DNA from: Antechinus flavipes
Lineage: Eukaryota
Reading direction: 5' to 3'
DNA: 64,000 nucleotides
Assembly: GCF_016432865.1 (NCBI RefSeq)
Contig: NC_067399.1
Location: 614,234,001-614,298,000 of the forward strand
Part shown: one piece after another, positions 47,624 to 60,560 of the stretch
How positions within the stretch are numbered: position 1 is the stretch's first letter
Layout: every line of letters begins with the position of its first letter
Notes under the pieces: generated by a model
The model's input: only the letters and a program-made list of their open reading frames with translations
What the model was told of the DNA's origin: nothing
The model's database searches: none
Position numbers and translations under genes: made by a program

Positions 47624-48369
47624 GTCAGTTCCCAGGGTCCCTTGCTCAAATATTTTTCTCTTTACCTGTTGAATCTTTCTAAAGTACAACCCATGTGCCA
47701 TCTCTGCTCCCCCACTGTCCTCATTCCCTCAAGGTTACTTAGGCCCTTTCTCTCCTCAAATATCTCAAATTCTACTTGGTTGACACTTTTCTTGAACATA
47801 TCACACATTCTTTTGTACAGTAGTTATTTCTGTACACATAGCCTGTAAACTCTAGAAGGAGCTAATCTTTCTACCTCCCCACCTAGCACTGTGGTTTCTA
47901 CTCAGTTAATGTGTTGAATCGAGTCCTCAGGGACATACCCATTCATATCCTAATTTTACTAATTAATAAAGCTGTATTTTAATATAGAAAAACCACTAAA
48001 TTTTCTAGCCAGAGGACCCATGTTCAAATCCTATATTTCTGTTACTGTATTTTTTTTTAATCTTTTCTGTTACTTGTTCTGTTGTTTGCATAATCTTAGG
48101 CAAATCATTGAAATTTTGCAAAATGGAAAGAGAAAACTGGATTAAATGACTTCAAAGGTCCTTTCTCCATGTCTATGATCCTATAACTCCTAGCCCCATA
48201 TTCCCCTTATCCTAACTCCTGGGTTTCTCTGTTTTTTCTCTCTTACCTTTTCTAAGCTCTTAGGCTTTTTTTTTTTCTCTTTGGTCTTTAGTTAATAATG
48301 CTTTCCTAGCCCCAGCCCTGTTTGTGTCCAGAGCTTTTTCAGCCTCTGATGCTTTATCTAATTTTGCAG

Positions 48370-48466
48370 GTCACGCGAATGGGCTTGATCATTCACAAAA
48401 CCAAGAAGCAGGATTTTCAGGTGTTGGCAGGATCTGCTGGCTTCCTGTTAGCCAGTTATGCTATAG
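48370..48466 (+). CDS. HOGA1: HOGA1 exon 5
   Basis: ttgcag|[33 protein letters not shown]|gtgagt, 97 nt. Confidence 0.96.
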
Positions 48467-50902
48467 GTGAGTTAGCCAGTTTAAACTCAGATGTTTTCAC
48501 TTTGAGACTTTGGAGTATATTTGGAATCTACATACAGAGACAAGTGGGCAAGAAGGGGCAAGTATTTATTAAGCACTTACTATATGAAAGGCACTGTGCT
48601 AAATGCTTTATACCTATTTTTTCATTTCATTCTCATAACTTAACAGTTAAGGAAACTGGGGCAGAGTGAATTGTCTAGGGTCACCCAGCTATCATCTGAG
48701 ACTGGATTTAAATTCCGGTCTTCCTGACTCCAGGCCCAGCATGCATTATGTATCCAGCTACTTCTATAGAAATGAAGTTCAGAAAAGAGACTGTGGAAGG
48801 TGACTAAATGGGGGTGAGCAGGATGGAGCAGAGAGGGTGGAGTTGGGCTAGCCAACCTAGTCACTCTGAAGCCTCAGGCCTGCTGCCAGGAGGTTGGCCC
48901 TTGTGAATATTTGGCCCCTGATTTTGTTTGGCTGCCTTGCACTCTGGGGCAAAGATGCTTTGCTTGTTGTGGGAACACCTAGGGCCTGTTCTAATGCCCC
49001 AGGCTCCCTGTTTTGATACAGATTTAGCTCCTCTAATCTCACTTTGTAAATCATTCACATTGGACAGTGGCCCAGAGCCTCTCCCCTTCAGGTCACCATC
49101 TTCTTCCTATCTCTCAGTGTAGAATGACTTAATGCAGAGGATTTTGGATTGGCCCTCTGATGGAATGGAAAGGGATTTGGGGTTTCTTGCTCTATGTTAT
49201 CTTGTTGGAGGTCAGAGTCCCTCAAATAGGCAAATATGTTGTTGATTGGACTTGGAATGAAGATCTCAGTTCAAATACTTGGATTCCTTCTTTTAACACT
49301 CTTTAGCTTAAGGGCTTTGGGCAAATCAGCTGACTTTTTTGAGAGGCCATTTCTTCATTTGTTAAATGAAGATGATAATACCTTCCTACTTTCCTTGGGT
49401 ACAATGGATAGAGCACTGGGTCTGGAGTCAGGAAGAACTAAATTCAGATCTAGCCGTCTTTATTTGCTAGCTGGATGATCTTGGGCAAGTTACTTAATGT
49501 TGGTCTGCTTCAGTTGCCTTAATTGTAAAGTAGACATAAAAAACCCCCACCTTCCTGGAAGGATTGTTGTGAGCATTAAATGAAATATTTGTTAAGTACT
49601 AGCACAATGCCTAGATAATAGACTCTGTATAAATGCTTATTTCCATCAGCCTTCTCTTGGTTACCTCCTAGGGCTGTCTCGAGGCTCAAATGTGATTATG
49701 TATTTAAATTCTGTGCAGACTTTAAAAATACTACACAAAGGGCTATTATTCATTTGGGATAAATAATAGGAATAGCTTGCTTTTGTATGGGCTTGAGAGT
49801 TTCAAAGCACTTAAGACATCACATTTGACCCTCTTCTCCCCATTTTAATTGAGAAAACAGTTAATTTCCCTACTTTTAAGTACAAATTTCTAATAAACTA
49901 TACCTCAGGGTGTATATCAGGTGCCCCTAAAAGGCACCTGGAAGATAATGGATCAACCTTTCACCACAATGGCACGGGGTTCTAGATTCCAAAAGCTTAT
50001 AGAAGAATGATCTGGTTACTAGCCTTAAGGGACCCTATTTCTCCCTGGCTTTTACTGGATTGTGAGTTAGCAATTATCTTCAAAGAGAAGAGAAATGTGG
50101 TGGGAGATTGGATTTATTTAATCTATAAGTCTCCTTGTTCTTAGAAAGGAGCTAAGGGCCTCGTTCCCAGACCCCTCATTCCTGTTTATTATACTGTTCT
50201 TTCTCCATAGGTTGAGAACCATTGTCTACCTGTTTCTACAGTTTCTTCTCTAAATAGTTGCTATTCTTGGGATCAAGGAGCAAGGCTTCTTCCTTGCTTA
50301 TGATCTGGGTCTCAAGGAAGCTTAGCGGGCAGATAGGACCTCGATTGCTCTGAATCATCCCTCCCAGCTCCCCTGGGTGCAGTCAGCATCCCAGCTCCAA
50401 TTTCTTGCCATCCACCAAACTCTCTAAATAGCTCTTGATTCTTGGGAATCCGTTTCTCTCATGCAGGACAGTGGTAGTCTATATACTGTGGTCACTTTGG
50501 TCAGTGCCAAGATGACAATTGCTTTCTCCCCATGCTTATCTGCACTGGGCCTGGGGGTGACTTGAGGACCACAACCGAGTCCCTTGAGTCCTACTTACTG
50601 TTTGGCTACACAATGTGGTTTAGGGATGATCAGTGGGAATTTAGAGACCTGGGTTCTAGTCTCTGCTCTTCTCAGTGCTCTTCTGGCAAGGTCCCTCTGC
50701 CTCTCCAGACCCCAGCATTCTCTTCTGTAAAATGGGATTGTACTAAATATTGCCCCTGGGTCCCTTCCAGATCTGAGTGCAGAGATTCTAAGGCTCCTAG
50801 CAGAAAGGAGGCTCCCAGAGACTTCCCTGGGGCAGGTTTGGGGGTGGGAGCGCATGCAGGCTGTGGCTGTGCTTTATGTTTTATTTCTATCTCTGGTGGC
50901 AG

Positions 50903-51036
50903 GAGCCGTCGGGGGTATTTGTGCTTTGGCCAATGTCTTGGGAGCGCAAGTGTGTCAGCTGGAGCGGCTCTGCCTCACTGGGCAATGGGAAGATGCCCAG
51001 ATTTTGCAGCATCGCCTCATTGAACCCAACGCTGCG
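50903..51036 (+). CDS. HOGA1: HOGA1 exon 6
   Basis: gcag|(G)[44 protein letters not shown]|gtgagc, 134 nt. Confidence 0.96.
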
Positions 51037-53635
51037 GTGAGCTCCCGGTCCAAGGGTCCTCCTCCCTTCGTGCCCATTTACAGGGCCTCTGCATGTGAAC
51101 AGCGCCCTGATTCATCTCTTTGTTTTCAGAGCCGGTGCTTTCTGAGAGGCAGGATATTCTTTCAAAGCTCTTGGGGTACCCACTAGGGAGAGGGGGGAGA
51201 AAGGTGGTGGAGAACACTGCCACAAGGATGACATCCTGACCCTGAGATAGACAGTGTAGAGGGTAGCTGAGAGCATGGCCCAGGCTGATCTTGAAGTTCC
51301 TGTGCCAGTGTTCAGGGCTGACATGGAAGACGAGGGTATCTCCTGGAAGGCAGGAGGCTGGGAGTTTGCAGTGCCAGCACAGCCAGAGTTGGGATGGTGG
51401 AGAGGCAGGAGTGTTCCCTTCCTATTAATGGCCCTCGAAGAAACAATCTGATTCCTCTCCGTTTTCATTCTCCTCCCCCTCCCAATAGGCACCCCCTCAT
51501 TATAATCTTGTGATAAGCTAAGACATAGATGTTTAGTTCAGATGTACAATAAATTGGGGTGTCTTTGGGTAAGTTTATGGGGAACCAGCCAGGTCTCAAA
51601 TACAGAGCTGAGGTGTGATTAGAAACAGCATTAAGATAGTCTCTGAGGGCCAAAGGGATGGCTTCTTTCCCTTGGATTCCTTCCCCCTGCTTACCCTCCT
51701 TCCTTTGGACTGCTAGGGGATGGATGGGTCTAGTTTCTCTTATTTTTTTGCCCCTTACAATGGGACACAAAGAAGGACATGAATCCAGATTCAAGGAAGG
51801 AACAGCTGGGGAGACAAGTATGGGACTCTTGGGATACAGAACTTCCTAGGGGCTATAAATAGGATGTCACAGTTTGTAAGATGAAGCCCCTCCAGCTAAG
51901 CTGCATCAGGGTACACGCTGCCCTGGCACATTAGACATTGTTCTGTGAGACTGGGCGACTTGTTCCTATAGCCCCCACTCAGCCAAACATCCCTTCTGTG
52001 AAAAAAGAGAGGACACAGAGGGAATGATTGATAAAGACAGGTAGACAGAATATGAGACAGGCAGGGAGACAGACACTGAGGTAGATAAATACAGGAAGGG
52101 AGAGGCAAGCAAACAATATAGAAATACTGCACCCAGAAACTGCCTGTATCCAGGCTAAAAACAAGACTGTTCTTTCAGAGTTCCTAGGGTACATACTAGG
52201 GAGAGGGGGGAGAATGACGATGGAGAAGCAGCAGATTTGATCTCTGTCATTATTATGAAGGAAAGAACTGCCTCTCTGCCATCCCCAAGTCTGGCTGTGC
52301 TGGCACTGCCAACAGCCAACCTCCTGCCCCCCAGGAGATTCCCTTCTCTCCTACGTCAGCCCTGAACTTGGGCACAGGAATTCCAGGGCCACCTGTCTGA
52401 AGCCTGGGCTGTGGTCTCAGCTCCCCTAAGTGCAGTTTGATGTCAGCAGATTGCCCTGCCCCATTGTACACAATGTCCTCCCTCCTTCCCATCTCCCTGC
52501 CAGACTTCTGCCCCATGGCTATATTTAGGAGTTTCCATGGCCTTCACTACCCAAGCATCTAACCTCCACTCTTCCCTTGGGCCTTAAGAACTCTGTAGGG
52601 GGGTCTTCAAGAGTTCTCCATGACTCATGCACTTCAGGGACAGGGCTATTAAGTTTTCTACCCACTGGACCTTGTTCCCTCCTCCTCACCCCCTAACCCT
52701 GTCATCCCATTCCAGAAAGAGTGTAAAAGGATGACCTCAGATCGGTTAGAATGGCCCCTCCATGATTGCTAAGAAATGCTGTCCTCTGGTGGATGGTTAC
52801 TCATAACACCAAAGACAGTTTTGGTTTTGTTTTTAACCTCTTACAGAAAATGCCCCTTTTGTGCAGTGAAGAACACCAAAGTTTAGAATGCAGGATGCGG
52901 ATTGGGGAGAAGCAGGAAAGTTTGAGGGTCATGAGGAGGAAAAAGGGAAATCCGTTCTTAAAGGGTGGCTTGAGATTATTGAGGCCAGTGAGTCACTTCC
53001 TAGGATATATTTCTGGCTCTATCTCAGAAGCCCCTCTCCTTCTTTGCTTTGGCCCTCCTGGTTTAAATATTGTCTGTATTCTGGGCCCCAGCTGATATAG
53101 GACACCCCAAAACAAGGACCTATAGGACCAGTCCAAGAGTTGGACACTTTCCCCTAGGGACCATGCTCTGATGGTTGTCCCCCTTCTCTCCTAACTAGGT
53201 TTTTGTTCATCCTAGAACTAAGGTATTGAAAATAAGATTCAGATAAAGGAAAGGAAACAAGTTAGGAAAGAGAGGAACCTCGTTCTCATTTCCACTTATC
53301 ACTAATGGTCTGCTCTTTCATTTCCTTCAGTCTGTTTCCTTCATTTCCTTGAGTCAATATGAAAAGGGTTTGGATTAAAGTATTTCTTCCAGATCCAAAA
53401 ATATGTGAAAAAACTCTCCATCTTTCCCTGTTTGACAAAAACTGTAGTCCTATGCTCGATTCTCACTCATCACTAATTACCTTGTGCCTCAGTACCTGAA
53501 CTTTGGCTCCAGATTTCCCCCTTGGTGGTACAAGCTTCGGAGTTCTTTATTCTAGGCTCAGGAGAAGTGGGAGGGAGCACTAACTTTGAGGGACCCAGGA
53601 TAAAGTTAGAAACTACCTCTGACATTTCCTCTCAG

Positions 53636-53785
53636 GTCACCCGACGCTTTGGGATCCCGGGCCTGAAGAAAACCATGGACTGGTTTGGCTACTATGGAGG
53701 GCCTTGTCGTGCCCCACTGCGGGAACTGAGCCCTGAGGAGGAGGAGAACCTGCGCTTGGATTTCACCTCCAATGGCTGGCTGTGA
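53636..53785 (+). CDS. HOGA1: HOGA1 exon 7 (stop TGA); total CDS 993 nt, 330 aa
   Basis: ctcag|[49 protein letters not shown]. Confidence 0.96.
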   Translation, partial: VTRRFGIPGLKKTMDWFGYYGGPCRAPLRELSPEEEENLRLDFTSNGWL

Positions 53786-53894
53786 TGGCCAGGTCTCTAG
53801 CTGGCCTCTACCTCCTACACCCATAGCTTTAAGGATCCGGTGGAGGTCAGGGGGAGATCCGGCACTGTTACCCTGTGCCCATTCTTTCCCATCC

Positions 53895-54015
53895 AACCTC
53901 AGTTTTCCCAGCTGTAATATGGGGACAGAAATCACCTACCTCACAGGGGTGTTGTGAGGGTCAGATATTACAAAAAGCAGCTTCACAAATTTTGAAACAC
54001 GGTGTAGATGTGAGG
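53895..54015 (+). mobile_element. MIR fragment in the HOGA1 3'UTR
   Basis: cctcagttttcccagctgtaatatggggac...cacctacctcacaggggtgttgtgagg. Confidence 0.75.
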
Positions 54016-54628
54016 TGTTAGGATGTCTCCAGGCCCTTCCTCGCTCACCAGACACTACTGGCCGGGCAAGTGGCAGCATCAGAGCTACTTCACGCCGCCG
54101 CACCACCAACCTCTCAGCCGTTTCACCAACTCATGTTCTTCCGCGTCCCCTGTTAGGAGAAGATGTTTTTGGTTCCTTTGGTCTCTGCCCCCGCCTTTTT
54201 CCTCTGACCCCAGGACCCAAAAGGGAGGGTGGGGAGCGATGCGCGGGCTACATGCTGAGTGGAGTGAGGATGTCTGAGGGGATGAAACGCGGGCTGCTCG
54301 GGCTTGGGAGGACAAACCTGAGGCGGCTGTTTGGTACGGAACAAAGGCATGGTGAGGCTGGTAAGCGGGCTTTCTGCCTGCTGGTGGCAGCGCGCGGGAA
54401 CAAAACCGAGAGCTCCCAGTCTCAGAGCCGACAAAGGCCTTAACCCCGAGCTGCACCCGTGCCCCGCTCAACAGCGCCCAAGCTTTCGGAGAGGGCCTGG
54501 CACACAGTAGGCACTTCACAACGCTTCTTCCCTTCCCAATCCCTCAGTACTCCACAACTCGGGCCGCCCATCGACTCTCCATTCCCCGCATTGGAGGGTG
54601 GGGCCCGAAAGCCCCACGCTTGGTCTGT

Positions 54629-55292
54629 GGGTGATGGCGCCCCCTCCCGGCGCTCGGAGGGTGGATGATGGCGCCTGGGGTGATGGCGCAGCCTCCCCAA
54701 CCTCCCTGCAATCGGAGGGTGGATGATGGCGCCCCCTCCCGGCGCTCGGAGGGTGGGTGATGGCGCAGCTTCCCCAACCTCCCCGCAATCGGAGGGTGGA
54801 TGATGGCGCCCCCTCCCGGCGCTCGGAGGGTGGATGGTGGCGCCTGGGGTGATGGCGCAGCCTCCCCAACCTCCCTGCAATCGGAGGGTGGATGATGGCG
54901 CCCCCTCCTGGCGCTCGGAGGGTGGGTGATGGCGCAGCTTCCCCAACCTCCCCGCAATCGGAGGGTGGATGATGGCGCCACCTCCTGGCGCTCGGAGGGT
55001 GGATGATGGTGCCTGGGGTGATGGCGCAGCCTCCCCAACCTCCCTGCAATCGGAGGGTGGATGATGGCGCCCCCTCCTGGCGCTCGGAGGGTGGGTGATG
55101 GCGCAGCCTCCCCAACCTCCCTGCAATCGGAGGGTGGATGATGGCGCCCCCTCCTGGCGCTCGGAGGGTGTGTGATGGCGCAGCCTCCCCAACCTCCCCG
55201 CAATCGGAGGGTGGATGATGGTGCCTGGGGTGATGGCGCAGCCTCCCCAACCTCCCCGCAATTGGAGGGTGGATGATGGCGCCCCCTCCCCG
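54629..55292 (+). repeat. Composite minisatellite: 20 cores GGGTG(GRT)GATGGCGC with three spacer types and a 169-bp higher-order unit
   Basis: Hand parse: ABCAC x3 then ACBCA; first A spacer at 54641, corresponding one in the next unit at 54810. Confidence 0.95.
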
Positions 55293-55471
55293 CACTTAGA
55301 AGGTAAGATGATGGCCACTTGGCATGACCTTCCCCACATTGGTGGATAGAAAGACTGCGTGACCTCCCCGCAGATGGTGGCGCCATCTCCCCATGCTTGG
55401 AGGATAGGATGATGGCGTGATTTCAGGTTTGTAGTCCTGGGGCCCATCAGCCTCGTCAATCGCAAACACAC

Positions 55472-55487
55472 AGCGCCACCTGGTGGA
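55472..55487 (-). promoter_or_regulatory. CTCF motif CCACCAGGTGGCGCT between the HOGA1 and MORN4 coding ends
   Basis: Full consensus match on the minus strand. Confidence 0.7.
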
Positions 55488-55581
55488 CATGTGTTAACGA
55501 AGCCAGTCTAGTGCTGCTTTCGATTGGTAAAACCATTGTTCTGGAACTTCATTAATGTCCCTCAATCATGTGATAAGGAGC

Positions 55582-55800
55582 AATAAAGTACACAGATGCT
55601 AATTGATCTGGCCCTCTCCTCACACCACGCAATTTCCTTCCTGGACACCAAAGGGCCTTTGCCAGCTAGAGCCCAAAGGCCTGTTCTGAGGTCCACTCTG
55701 GTTTAGCACTTAAAGCAGACCCTAATGGATAGCACTAAGGAGAATGCCATAAATAATATTTCAAAGCCAGGTGAGAGGACCAATACAAAGCACAAATAAA
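55582..55800 (+). terminator. HOGA1: Candidate HOGA1 polyadenylation signals AATAAA (55582-55587 and 55795-55800)
   Basis: First AATAAA hexamers I found on + after the stop at 53785. Confidence 0.5.
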
Positions 55801-55934
55801 GTGGAGGGAACAAAGGGGAGGCATCTGGAATCTCAACCTGTGGCCTACTGATCTAGTCACAGCTACAAAGTGTAAGGATCAAAAGCAATAAGGAAATATT
55901 GGCAGCTTGGGAGGCACGATTCCTTATAAACACT

Positions 55935-55940
55935 TTTATT
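55935..55940 (-). terminator. MORN4: Candidate MORN4 polyadenylation signal AATAAA on the minus strand
   Basis: tttatt on + about 1.17 kb after the MORN4 stop. Confidence 0.55.
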
Positions 55941-57104
55941 TCAACGGTATAATCCAGAGATGAAAGAGGCACACAGCTAACATTTCCACCAAAATCTGCT
56001 GCAGATGAAACATTCAATGTGAGAATAACATGAAGTATGGTGTGTTCAAGTCTGAGGGAAACAAAGTTTCTGAATGAGCTGGGTATGATGCTAATGAGTA
56101 GTTTTCGTCTCCAGGCCTAATGTCCAGGGCTGGTGACAAAGAAGTTATGGTGACCTGGATATAGTCCATCAAAGAGTAATTAGCTCAGTGTATTCCTGAC
56201 TGGCCACCTTTGTCCAATTGCAGAAAGCTGCCTGTAGTCTGGCCAGATGGTCCACAAGAAGGAGCCCAGCAGACCCAGTTCCTTTCCAGTCTTAAGGAAG
56301 ACTAAGTCGGTTCTGGTCTTCACCCACTGTTAGTGGGCCTGGACATCCCTGTTCTCTGCTTTTTAAGATAGTGGGTTGTTGTTTTTTTCACTCACTTTCT
56401 TATCCATATCAGAACAGCAATGAAGGGACATAAAAATGAGATGTAAAAATGGAGTCTTTTTGTGTAATGTAGTTACACTGTTAAGTCAAGGACACATGAA
56501 GACCCATTACATCATCCAAGGACTGAGAAAGAGGACTGCCCAGTTCACGTGATATTCCAAACAATAATGAAAGAAGGTAACCTAAGAAAAAATCTCCAGG
56601 CTGGACTCTTAGACACCTGTTGCATGCCTTCTCCCCAGTCCCCTAGGTGATCCATTATCTTCCCTCCCCAAGGAAGCCCCAGGTATGAGCCACTGCTGAG
56701 GGGTGGCTGTTGGTTCACCTCTCTCAAAGGAGGTGGGGCACTAAGGACACTGCCGGCAACCATGGCCCCGGGATGGAGAAGGCAGCGGGGCTGGGGGCCC
56801 TGCAGGGATTTAGGGATGGAGAGTTCCAGGGCGTGGATAAAGGCAGCTGGTCTGAGCAGCAGCAGACAAGGGGGAGGGCCAAGGCAAAACTGAAATCAGC
56901 TGCTCCCTGTTCACTAGGACCTGTCAGGGACCCCAATTCACAACCTAACTCTTGATTGGCAGACAAAGGGAGGTGTTAGAAGGCAACTGGTTGGTGTTTG
57001 TAACTCAAAGAATCTTGGGTCTGGTTCATTGCTTCACCCTCAGTGAATGAACAGAGGCGATCGTCTGCTCAGTCCTCCTGCTGGCAGGGCCATGGCATCC
57101 CCTG

Positions 57105-57308
<204 letters not shown>

Positions 57309-57564
57309 TCAAATGTCTCAAGTCAAATCCAATTCAGAGGAGTCATAAAATGCTTCACAGGCCTCTGAGAAGTTGCTAGCTCCCCCATGATGAGGATCAT
57401 GGAGGGAAAAGATGGGGCTCTTAAGCATCAGTGAGTCAAAAGGGAGAAGTTGCTCTCAGAGGCTATCCCACTTATTCATGCTCAACAATCCAACTGCCTG
57501 GAACAAAGGGAAGGCCCAGCCCTGACTAGATGAACTGAGAGAAGAATCCACCATGTGGTTGTTA

Positions 57565-57702
<138 letters not shown>

Positions 57703-58053
57703 TCAGCCATTTGGGCAGAGACTCCAAGCTGGGTTTGAGCTAACATACAGATTATTTCACCTATTTCCAATCTCTAACCACACTCAATCAGAGTTAGTGA
57801 CTGAAATAGCCCAGGAAAGAAAGAAGGGAACATAAGAGGAAAATGTGGGATGGAAAGTGAAGGAGAGTAAGAGTCAAAAGGTCACTTTCCTCCTGGCCAC
57901 TTCAGAAAAGCTTCAAAATCTTGACATATTTAAGATCAATCAGGAGAGCCGCACAGACTCTTTGCTGGCAGGATCTGCAGGAACTGGGGCTGGCTCAGAG
58001 TGAGCAAACTGTTTATTATGATCCCATTTGTTGACTGGAGCCTCCCTGGTCTA

Positions 58054-58221
<168 letters not shown>

Positions 58222-59199
58222 TTAGACTGGAAGGGGGCAGCTCCTGGGTACCTTCCTATCATCCCTTCCCTTACAGACCACCGACTCAAAGAGGACAGTT
58301 ACCCTAAAAGATAAAAAAGAGGAGAAGTTAGTGCATCAGCTGTGCTTAGCATTCTGGTGCTCAAAGAGCTAGGAACACAAAGTACCAAAGCTGCCACTGA
58401 AGACAACGGGACTTCCTGGGACTTCCCCTCCTCAATTTACAACCAACTGGTTTAGTTTCTCTTCACAAGTGAAAGCAACAAGAAAAATACCAGAGAACAT
58501 CTCAACAAAAACACTGCCCCTCGGCAGCGTGAAAGATGGAAAAAAAATTAACTCTTAAGGCAATGGCTAAGTGCTCTACTTGCCCAGTGAATTGGCCAGG
58601 AAACAAAGCAAGATGCTGGGTAAACAATAATCTCTTGAGACAATGGAGAATGGAGTTTATTTTAGAAAGAAAAAACTGTCATTTCCTGGGACTACCCAGA
58701 AATTACACATCAGTTCTTGGAGGGCATGAAGATGGACCTTGGGAGAGAAGGAAAAAGGTTTGGAAGGTGACATCACTCCTCCAGGTCACATACTCAGTCA
58801 AGCTTCCATGATGGAATACTTCCATTGTAGGAACATGAAATTTGCCACAAAAGGAATGGGGTCAAACAAGGGTAAAAGTATTATTTATTCTTCTAGTTGT
58901 TTGCTACCAGAATAATGAAGGTTGAATTGAAGATATCCTTAATTCTTGTACTTTAAAAATGATTAGTTATATTTTTCTTATATAAACATATACCTGAGTA
59001 ACATCACTGAAAGATGTCGAACCATTCCAAATTTTACAGAGGACAGCACTGGGTGTGAGATGAAGGGAAACTAACATTGCATGTTAACTCTTTTACTCAT
59101 ACATAGTACAAAGGAAAGATGCTAGGGAGAAGAGATGACCCAGCAAAATTGATTCAAATACCCTACTATACTTTCCCTTTAACCAGAGAAGAATTCTCA

Positions 59200-59304
<105 letters not shown>

Positions 59305-60139
59305 TTACAGAAGAGCAGGGTGACAACCGCAGGAAACAGGCAGAAGCTTGCTATCGTCATAGGACAGCTAGAGAAAAGGAAAGCAGCTTTGCAAATATGT
59401 TTGTAAAAGCTTCTCAACCCACCCAAATTTTCACGAGTTCAAATAGATCCTATGAAAAACATCCTTTTCCCAACCACCATTACCCCCTTTTAATTATTCT
59501 CATCTTCTAGCCAACTCCTTCACCTAATTTTTGAAATGTGAGCAAAGTCTTATTTTCTAAGATTTCATGTGAAGAAAGAATAATCAAAATGAAGTCCTAC
59601 TTTGAGCTTAGTAAGTACAAAAGAACTGAGTTCAAGGATTTTACAATTTATTTGTTGATTTAAGAAGAAAAATGAACAGTCTAAGATACAATTAAATCTA
59701 AAACTGAAAATTAAATCCAATCATAAGTACTGCCAATATGCAAAGGAGAGGGAAACTAATTAAGATGACAATGGGTATGAAAAACTTCATGAAAGAAGGG
59801 GGTGAGGGTGGAGAAGAAAGAACATTTACTATCATAAAATATTTAGGCACTAAATGCCATAAATTTTCTAAGACAGTTCATTATTGAGATTCTGACATCT
59901 TAAAATTAGGAGATAATTCAACAAAATTCAATGATTTTTGCCCACAATGTGGAAAATTCATGTTAGGCAATGAAGATGAGAGAGAGCCTAGCGTAAGAGG
60001 ACCTGCCTGGGAAGATGCTGAACCAGATGCTCTTACCCTCATAAAGCTGGTGTTTCCATCTTAAGTGAGTGTGTGATAGTGAGTGAGAGAGAGAATATGT
60101 ATGTGTGTGTGTGTGTATGTGTGTTTGTGTATAAATGCT

Positions 60140-60560
60140 AGATCTAGGACAAGTCATCAGAATCAAAGAGTCAGCAGGAACCTCAGGTGTTATCTCATCC
60201 AATCCATACCTGAGTAGAAATCACTTCTAGAATATCCTGGCCAGGCATTCAGCTTTCTCTCGACCGCCAGCACTGGGACACTGACTTCCTCGGCAGGCAG
60301 CCTATTCCCCTCCTAGAGAGCTTTCATTATTATTAAGTTCTCCTTACAAGGAGTCCAAATGTGCTTCTCTGCAGCTTCCACTCTGACTTTCAGTTCTGCC
60401 TTTTGGAGCAAACAAAACAACTTTAATCCCTTTGTCTCATGACTGCACTTGAAATATAGAAACACTATAACCATCTTCCCTTGAAGTTTCCTCTAGGCTA
60501 AGCATTCCTTCTTTCCCCTAATATCCTGATGACCTATTTTCTCCAAACAAATGCAGAGCT
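60140..60560 (-). mobile_element. CR1/L3 3' end fragment
   Basis: tcatccaatccatacctgag...cagcctattcc...cttctctgcagcttccac...gttctgccttttggagc. Confidence 0.65.

Noticed and set aside
54629-55292. Constant core with variable spacers resembling a CRISPR array; long ORFs on the minus strand (up to 343 aa)
   Set aside because: The spacers are only three recurring types, the context is mammalian and there are no cas genes; the ORFs are repeat translations
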